Below are positions 58,092 through 64,000 of a stretch of DNA of 64,000 nt, piece after piece (positions within the stretch are counted from its first letter, which is position 1; the number at the start of each line of letters is the position of its first letter). Below the pieces are notes generated by a model. The model worked only from the letters and a program-made list of their open reading frames with translations. It ran no database searches and was not told the DNA's origin. Origin of the DNA: Spirochaetaceae bacterium (GTDB lineage Bacteria > Spirochaetota > Spirochaetia > CADAEX01); contig WQZP01000001.1 in NCBI GenBank assembly GCA_009780675.1, positions 6,327 to 70,326 on the forward strand, read 5' to 3'. The position numbers and the translations under genes are program-made.

Positions 58092-59531
58092 TTATTGTTT
58101 TTTTATCAGATTGGGCTTTTCAATATGGTTTGGCAAATATTTGGCAAAAAGTTCTACTCTGCTGTGGATGTTAAGTTTTCGATACAGGTTTTTTGCATGA
58201 AAGCGAACAGTTTCATAGCTTACTTTAAGGGTGCAGGCAATTTCTTTGGGAACTTTGCGGGCAAGCAGCATGGTAAAAACTTCTTCTTCCCGGTCTGTCA
58301 GGTTAAAATCTTCTTTTAAATTAAGCGCTTCTGTTTCTGCTAATGGCTGGGTATATTCTTCATTATCACGCAAGTGCAATCCATCGCTCCAGTCAACTGA
58401 GAACAGCTTTTTTTGCATGAGCGGCGACAACAGGATGCAGACAGAGCATAAAATCAGTACAATGCAAAAAGCCAAATAATGGTTCGGCCATACAAAACTG
58501 TCTAAGGCAAGGGCAAATATTCCAGAGATAAAAAAATATTCGAGAAAGAGTACAAAGCAAAAGAGCCTGAGCATTTTGAGTGACTTGCTTTTTTTAATTG
58601 CTCCAGCACAAAGATAATAGATAATAATGTAACCAAGCCCATCTCCGAGTCCGTATGTAAATGACCCCAAATTGCGGGTAACAGGAGAATCCAGGATAAG
58701 AATACCCACTCCAAACAAGGAGAGCGCAAGGAATAAAAGCCATATATACAATGCACTGTGGTTTTTCAATAGTTGGATAATAATGATTGCGGCAACAGAA
58801 GCAAAAGCGCCAAGGCCAAACATCATGCTGGACACGCTGGTTTCTGCCCATTCAATGTAATTGATCATGCACATAATCATGTAATAAACAATGCTCAAGC
58901 CTATAACAAAGGAAGCTTCGGAATTTTTGCCGCGCTCTTTTGCAGTTGCCAGCCCTTCGTATTTTTGCCTGATGCACGCAAAAACCACAACAAGATAAAG
59001 CGCCACTAATATCGCTGCTGCCCAGGTTTTTCCAGCTGCCTGAACAGCAGGGAGCGCTCTCCAAATCGTATAGTAAAAACCGTAATAAAACTGGATAAGT
59101 GACATGGCAAGCAGCCGCTCAACATTATTCAGCTCAAAGCAAAAAACAAAAAAAGCACAGGCTGTGCATATCCCGCTGAACAGCTGGAAAGCCATAAAAA
59201 AGGCAAGCTGCCCCATATCATCAGTTAGTAGAAACTGAAAAGGGAGCAGGAGAGCAGAGCAAGCTGCTGCTATCTGGAGAAGAGGTAATATTAGTTTTTT
59301 GGGAACAAAAAATAAAACAAGCCAGCCCAGTCCCAAGGGGAACAGCATTAGTTCATAAGACTGGAAACCAGCTACTGCGATTCCAAGGTCAAAGTAGCGC
59401 AAGTCTCCCACAATAACAGAGAGAGGAAAAACCAACAGTACAGGCCACAAAGCGACCCTGATATTTTGAAATGATAATTCATCGCGTGTTTGGAAAAGTT
59501 TTTTGATAGTTGTACTTAGCTTGCCAGACAA
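58092..59531 (-). CDS. Polytopic membrane protein (~12 TM) with a C-terminal LuxR-type HTH domain (membrane-anchored one-component regulator)
   Basis: C-terminal LTDREEEVFTMLLARKVPKEIACTLKVSYETVRFHAKNLYRKL is the LuxR/GerE family HTH signature. The N-terminal ~380 aa are hydrophobic helices. Confidence 0.6.
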   Translation of the reverse strand: MSGKLSTTIKKLFQTRDELSFQNIRVALWPVLLVFPLSVIVGDLRYFDLGIAVAGFQSYELMLFPLGLGWLVLFFVPKKLILPLLQIAAACSALLLPFQFLLTDDMGQLAFFMAFQLFSGICTACAFFVFCFELNNVERLLAMSLIQFYYGFYYTIWRALPAVQAAGKTWAAAILVALYLVVVFACIRQKYEGLATAKERGKNSEASFVIGLSIVYYMIMCMINYIEWAETSVSSMMFGLGAFASVAAIIIIQLLKNHSALYIWLLFLALSLFGVGILILDSPVTRNLGSFTYGLGDGLGYIIIYYLCAGAIKKSKSLKMLRLFCFVLFLEYFFISGIFALALDSFVWPNHYLAFCIVLILCSVCILLSPLMQKKLFSVDWSDGLHLRDNEEYTQPLAETEALNLKEDFNLTDREEEVFTMLLARKVPKEIACTLKVSYETVRFHAKNLYRKLNIHSRVELFAKYLPNHIEKPNLIKKQ

Positions 59532-59535
59532 AGCT

Positions 59536-60474
59536 TTATGCTTCTTTATAGTTGCTTTTTTCTATTTTAATCATTTTTTTTGCCAACATCTCAACCAGGT
59601 AGATAGTAAAAATTCCAACAATAAACCAGGCAAAGGCTATTGCAAATTCTGTGTTCATCTGCGGCAAGTTCCATTCAAAACCAGTTATTACTTCTTTTTC
59701 TCCAAAGGTTTCAATAATTGATTTTTTCCACGGCCACAATGTTCCAAGTGATCCTAAAATAAAACCAGTCAGAAGTGATATTGTTGAGTCGTGAAAGCGT
59801 TTTAAAAGCCACGATAAAAAATGAGAAAAAGGGATTAGTCCAAGAATGGCTCCGGCAATAAAAGGCAAAAGTATTTCAAATCTTGCGTGACTAACGGCAT
59901 CAACCATAATAAGGTAGTAGTTGCCCATCAATAGAAGTACAAAAGCGCCGCTGGTTCCGGGTAAAATCTTGCAGCATATTGCAATAGCTCCGCAAAGCAT
60001 AAGGTACCAAAAGGTGGCGTTTTCCATACCAGGAGTGGCAATTGAAATAAAAACAGCAATGATTGTTCCAATTAAAAAAGCTACAATGTATCCAATATGC
60101 CATTTTTTTATTCTTTTCCCCAGAAAAAAAACAGATGCAAATACCAGTCCAAAAAAATAAGCCCAGATATAAACCGGATAATCGCGAAAAAGAATTTCGA
60201 ATAACTTTGCCAATGAAACAATTGCTACCAGATTTCCTATCAATATATTCATTAGAAAAATCAAATCTACATACCGTGCGAATTCACGGAATTTGCCTGT
60301 AAACAATAACTTGGCTGCGGATAAGTCAAATGATTTTATTGAGTTGATTATCCGTTCAAAAACACCTGTGATCATGGCAATCGTGCCGCCGGAAACTCCT
60401 GGAATCGCGTTGACCGAACCCATTGCAAGCCCTTTAGTGAATATAAGTAATTGTTCTTTAATCCAATTTTTCAT
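59536..60474 (-). CDS. DUF368-family membrane protein (family proposed as undecaprenyl-phosphate translocases)
   Basis: GLAMGSVNAIPGVSGGTIAMITG is the DUF368 N-terminal signature. The gene is 4 bp from the downstream LuxR-membrane gene. Confidence 0.65.
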   Translation of the reverse strand: MKNWIKEQLLIFTKGLAMGSVNAIPGVSGGTIAMITGVFERIINSIKSFDLSAAKLLFTGKFREFARYVDLIFLMNILIGNLVAIVSLAKLFEILFRDYPVYIWAYFFGLVFASVFFLGKRIKKWHIGYIVAFLIGTIIAVFISIATPGMENATFWYLMLCGAIAICCKILPGTSGAFVLLLMGNYYLIMVDAVSHARFEILLPFIAGAILGLIPFSHFLSWLLKRFHDSTISLLTGFILGSLGTLWPWKKSIIETFGEKEVITGFEWNLPQMNTEFAIAFAWFIVGIFTIYLVEMLAKKMIKIEKSNYKEA

Positions 60475-60789
60475 ATATTTTGACGAGGTGCATCACAAGT
60501 CATCTCCCTATAGGTTTCTTCAATAATCTGACGAAAGATTTTCTCATATTTTACTATCTATTTCAATAATCTATTTTCAGGATTATCTAAAATATTGATT
60601 TTTTTTCACTGCTGGAAATGCGCTTTTTATAGATATTGACAGGAAAGTATTGCAATTGATGTGATGTGCCGTCATGATAATCTTATGCAATGGTTTTATT
60701 CTTTCTTTATTGTAATTTTATCAATTTTGCAAGAAACTTTGCACAGACATTGAGCGAGTAGAAAAATATATGGAGGAGAAGCTTTAGTC

Positions 60790-61329
60790 ATGAAAAAAAC
60801 AATTGTACTTTATCGATCAAAATATGGGGCTACTAAAAAATATGCAGACTGGTTGGCAGAAGAATTATCTTGTGATGTGCTCGATACAAAACAAGCTGAT
60901 ATATCAAAAGTAGGGCAGTATGATATTGTTATTTTGGGCGGAGGTATCTATGCTGGCGGCATAGCTGGGCTTTCCTTTATCAAAAAGCATTATAAGGCAT
61001 TGAAGGACAAAAAAATAATCATATTCGCAGTAGGCGCTGTAGCACCTGGTGCTGAAAAAAACATTGAAGAGATAAAAGCGCGTCATCTAAAAAATGATTT
61101 GGCAAACATCCCTTTCTTTTACTTCCGGGGCGCATGGAATGAAGAAGTCATGACATGGATAGATCGCAAGTTATGCACTATGCTTCAGAAATCGCTTGTA
61201 AAAAAAGACCCTACAAAGCGTGAGCCGTGGGAATCAGCATTCGTACAGTCAATAGGCTTAAAATTAGATTGGACAAACAAAGAAAGCCTTAAACCGATTA
61301 TTGAAATGGCTATGCAAAATGAATGTTAA
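60790..61329 (+). CDS. Flavodoxin-domain protein
   Basis: N-terminal KTIVLYRSKYGATKKYADWLAEEL FMN-binding loop. Confidence 0.55.
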   Translation: MKKTIVLYRSKYGATKKYADWLAEELSCDVLDTKQADISKVGQYDIVILGGGIYAGGIAGLSFIKKHYKALKDKKIIIFAVGAVAPGAEKNIEEIKARHLKNDLANIPFFYFRGAWNEEVMTWIDRKLCTMLQKSLVKKDPTKREPWESAFVQSIGLKLDWTNKESLKPIIEMAMQNEC

Positions 61330-62173
61330 AAAAATGATAGAGCAGATGACCACGCTTCCGTTGTCCATTATTCCCATTCTTATATTAACTTTTGGATTTA
61401 TATATTTCGCTCAAAATTGGATGATTTTCCATAATACCAATGATCCTGAAAGCCGCATTTTTTTGCGGGACAGGCCCGGCTTCCGGGAGGTTGTGGTTAC
61501 TGCAGAAAGCGGCAAAACCTATCATGGTATGATGTATCAGGCTAGCAGCGGGAAAGCGCCACTGGTTATTTATTTTGGCGGTAACGCTGAGGTTTCTTAC
61601 ACCAATCTGCTTATGCGCGAACTGCTTGACCAATGGGGATACTTTGCAGGGTATCATTATCTGTTTGTGGATTATGAGGGTTATGGTTTTAACAGGGGCC
61701 GCGCAAGTTACTTGAATATGTATGAGCAATCGTTAGCAGTATTTGATTATGCTGTCGCACTTCCGAATGTTGACAGCAGCCGTATTGTCGCAATGGGTTT
61801 TAGTTTGGGGACAGGGAGCGCAGTGCATCTCGCAGCTAACCGGCCAGTTGCCGGGTTGATTATTGTCGCCCCCTTTGCTAATGGGTATGATCTCTATAAT
61901 AATGTGCTCCCGATTTTTTTTGGACCAATGAGATTGTTGGTGAGGCAGAAACTTCCATCGGATGAGTTTGCTCCTAAGGTAACATCCCCTGTTTTGATTA
62001 TTGCGTCACGCGGAGATGAGATTGTTCCGTTTTCATCATCAGAGCGATTGGCAAAACTTTTTCCAGGTCAGGTGGGTTTTATGAAACTTGACAGAGTTCG
62101 TCATAACTTTATTTTTCAACCCAGTGTCTTTGTAAGAATCCAAAGCTTTCTTGAGAGTATTGCATCAAAATAA
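61301..62173 (+). CDS. Alpha/beta hydrolase fold protein
   Basis: Nucleophile elbow GFSLGTG (GxSxG) and the downstream Asp/His pattern. Overlaps the upstream gene by 29 nt. Confidence 0.6.
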   Translation: MKWLCKMNVKKMIEQMTTLPLSIIPILILTFGFIYFAQNWMIFHNTNDPESRIFLRDRPGFREVVVTAESGKTYHGMMYQASSGKAPLVIYFGGNAEVSYTNLLMRELLDQWGYFAGYHYLFVDYEGYGFNRGRASYLNMYEQSLAVFDYAVALPNVDSSRIVAMGFSLGTGSAVHLAANRPVAGLIIVAPFANGYDLYNNVLPIFFGPMRLLVRQKLPSDEFAPKVTSPVLIIASRGDEIVPFSSSERLAKLFPGQVGFMKLDRVRHNFIFQPSVFVRIQSFLESIASK

Positions 62174-62213
62174 ACGGTTGCATCAAAACAAACAGGTACG
62201 TCAAGATAAAAAA

Positions 62214-63962
62214 TCAAGATAAAAAAGCTATTTCGCTTTTGATATAATTATATTGCTCTTCATCGATTGAAAATGCATTGCAAATAATCTTATCTATTTT
62301 TTCCTGAAATAAAACTAAGTTATTTTTTTCAGAAAATGTTTCAGAAAGTGCTTCGGAAAAAGTTTTATTGTACAGATCAAAAATAAATTGATGCGTTTCA
62401 TCTGATAATATAGGCAATGGCAAACTCTGCAAATGAGATTTTAATACCTTCTTTGAATGGAATTTTTTTCTGAAAATAAATGTATATATATCACTATTAA
62501 ATAATGAAACAATAGTCTCCATAGGGTATTTTTTCGATATAAAAAGGTTCGCGCTGTTTAGTAAAAGATTACCCCCTTTATCAAGCGCGCAAACAAGTTT
62601 ATCACCTATAAAGCGGTAAACAATTTTTTCCTGCTGGTAATACTCTGCAGGCGCTACTTGCTGATATAGGGCTGGCTGAAATTCAAGATAATATCTTGGC
62701 TGCAATAATTTATATTTATCAATATCTTTACCGCGAAATATAGGTTCTGATTTTGAAACTCTTTCCTCGGACAAGTACTTTTTATTATTGCCTGTAACAA
62801 TGCCAAGACTAAATATTGCATCTTCTTTTAATGTAGTAAATTTGGTCTTGTATATTTTATCAATAAGCAGAGCATCTTCTATTTTACTGATAGCGCTAAC
62901 TATATAATCTGGAGGTGTAATATTTTCTAATGGCAGTTGATAAGTATTGTTGTTTTTGTTTTGAATAAAAACACTTTTTTCAACAGAATTATTTTTTAGA
63001 TGCAACAAAATACTTTCTGAAAAAACACCTTTAAAAACTTTGCCCAGTAATTTAATTGAAATTTTATTCTCTCCATTAAACAAATAACTTCTTATTTTTT
63101 TATGTGTTGCTACATTTAAAAATGAATGAGGCAGAAAAAAGTAAAGCTCGCTGTTTTCTTTAAGCATTTTTGTGGCATTATACAAAGCTATGCTGAATAT
63201 TTCTGCTGTCTCAAGATTTGGATATAATTTGCAAAGCGATTCTTTTTGCTGCGCTGTAAATTTACTGCCCCACGGCGGGTTGGTTACAATATAATCAAAT
63301 TTTTCGTTACTGGAAAGTATTATATCTTGTTTTGATATGTTGGGTATAATATTTTTATTGTTAAAAAACAGCGCCAAATTTATATAACAAATTTTTAAAG
63401 CAACTTCATCTATATCCCTTGCAAATATTTTTGTCGGGTCATGTGCTTTTGTTAATATATTGAGCAAAATGCCGCCGCTCCCGCAACACGGATCAAGTAT
63501 TGTTTTATCTAAAGGAATTTTTATGTCATCCAATAATTCAGCAGGGGTATAATATGAACCAGAGCTTGATTTTTGCGAAATATTTTGTATTGATTGATAA
63601 AATGCGCCCAATATATCATCATCAAAATTTGGTATCTCATATTGATTGTAAAAATTTTTAACCTCATTTTGATTAGCGTTTTTTTGCAGCCACTCCGAAA
63701 GCAATGTATCAAGCCTTGAAGCTGTATTGATTTGCCAGTTTGTATCAATAAGTTTGTTGGAACGCAATATCGCAAATGAAACTGCTAGGACCCCATCATC
63801 AAATGACAATTTAGAATTTTCAAAATCATTAACAATATTTGACAGTAATTTTTTTCTCTCTTTATTTGTTATACCTAAATAATATAAAGCTTTTTTTTTC
63901 TGCAGTGTTCTGTTTGCTCTGGAATTAAGGCGGCCAACTAATTTCTGGTCGCTTTTTACCAT
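62214..63962 (-). CDS. N6-adenine DNA methyltransferase (gamma-class, Eco57I/TaqI-like) with a TaqI-type C-terminal target-recognition domain
   Basis: Motif X YYTP, motif I DPCCGSGGILL, motif IV NPPWG. The C-terminal ~250 aa resemble the TaqI_C specificity region. Confidence 0.8.
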   Translation of the reverse strand: MVKSDQKLVGRLNSRANRTLQKKKALYYLGITNKERKKLLSNIVNDFENSKLSFDDGVLAVSFAILRSNKLIDTNWQINTASRLDTLLSEWLQKNANQNEVKNFYNQYEIPNFDDDILGAFYQSIQNISQKSSSGSYYTPAELLDDIKIPLDKTILDPCCGSGGILLNILTKAHDPTKIFARDIDEVALKICYINLALFFNNKNIIPNISKQDIILSSNEKFDYIVTNPPWGSKFTAQQKESLCKLYPNLETAEIFSIALYNATKMLKENSELYFFLPHSFLNVATHKKIRSYLFNGENKISIKLLGKVFKGVFSESILLHLKNNSVEKSVFIQNKNNNTYQLPLENITPPDYIVSAISKIEDALLIDKIYKTKFTTLKEDAIFSLGIVTGNNKKYLSEERVSKSEPIFRGKDIDKYKLLQPRYYLEFQPALYQQVAPAEYYQQEKIVYRFIGDKLVCALDKGGNLLLNSANLFISKKYPMETIVSLFNSDIYTFIFRKKFHSKKVLKSHLQSLPLPILSDETHQFIFDLYNKTFSEALSETFSEKNNLVLFQEKIDKIICNAFSIDEEQYNYIKSEIAFLS

Positions 63963-64000
63963 ATTGATTATGTAAGCAAAGGTCTTTTGGGTGTAGCAAT

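Noticed and set aside
1-64000. CRISPR arrays, IS elements or transposases
   Set aside because: I found no regularly spaced short direct repeats with unique spacers, no DDE or Y/S-recombinase-like ORFs, and no terminal inverted repeats flanking a transposase.

Overview
This is a low-GC (about 33-38% by eye) bacterial chromosomal window, densely coding on both strands, with mostly housekeeping genes. A spirochete such as Treponema is plausible, but that rests only on gene content (many FGE-sulfatase-family secreted proteins, lipoproteins, ClpB, EF-G paralog) and is low confidence.

Core genes I can support from the translations:
- Cell envelope and growth: a partial PBP2 (mrdA) C-terminus, RodA, and a large radical-SAM/DUF2344 fusion overlapping the rodA stop.
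- Nucleotide, stress and repair: MazG, ClpB, SSB, endonuclease IV, TatD-family hydrolase.
- Sulfur amino-acid metabolism: a methanogen-type homocysteine cluster (DUF39, NIL-ferredoxin, UPF0280), plus a separate cysK-metY operon and homoserine dehydrogenase.
- Central metabolism: GlmS, ketopantoate reductase, glucose-6-phosphate isomerase, a HIBADH-family dehydrogenase, an FAD-dependent oxidoreductase.
- Translation and transport: an EF-G paralog, and an Opp/Dpp-like ABC importer whose permease is fused to its only ATPase.
- Regulation: a 1310-aa hybrid sensor kinase (sensor, HAMP, PAS, GAF, HisKA, HATPase, REC, HPt), a Crp/Fnr regulator, and a polytopic-membrane LuxR-type regulator co-operonic with a DUF368 protein.
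- Other: a PrsW-like intramembrane protease, a terminal gamma-class N6-adenine methyltransferase, and two tRNAs (initiator-like tRNA-Met on the minus strand, tRNA-Leu(UAA) on the plus strand).

Most unusual locus: a ~1.7 kb segment (about 5778-7450) bracketed by ~160-bp imperfect direct repeats. Its right repeat ends about 13 nt from the 3' end of tRNA-fMet. It carries a single 359-aa gene whose C-terminus looks like an Mrr-type restriction-endonuclease catalytic domain and whose N-terminus looks like a helix-hairpin-helix (HhH-GPD-like) DNA-binding module. A start-codon-less ORF remnant lies beside it, and two perfect hairpins sit at the left junction. I read this as a small defense or mobile insertion and a candidate single-gene modification-dependent nuclease.

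Other points worth a second look:
- Two standalone DRTGG-domain proteins next to the DUF39 homocysteine cluster.
- Visibly GC-richer segments (the opp operon, the second FGE protein, the membrane-LuxR gene, the alpha/beta hydrolase) that suggest horizontal acquisition.
- An apparent non-canonical start for the hybrid kinase.
- A long imperfect palindrome upstream of cysK-metY.

I found no CRISPR array, no IS transposase and no integrase.
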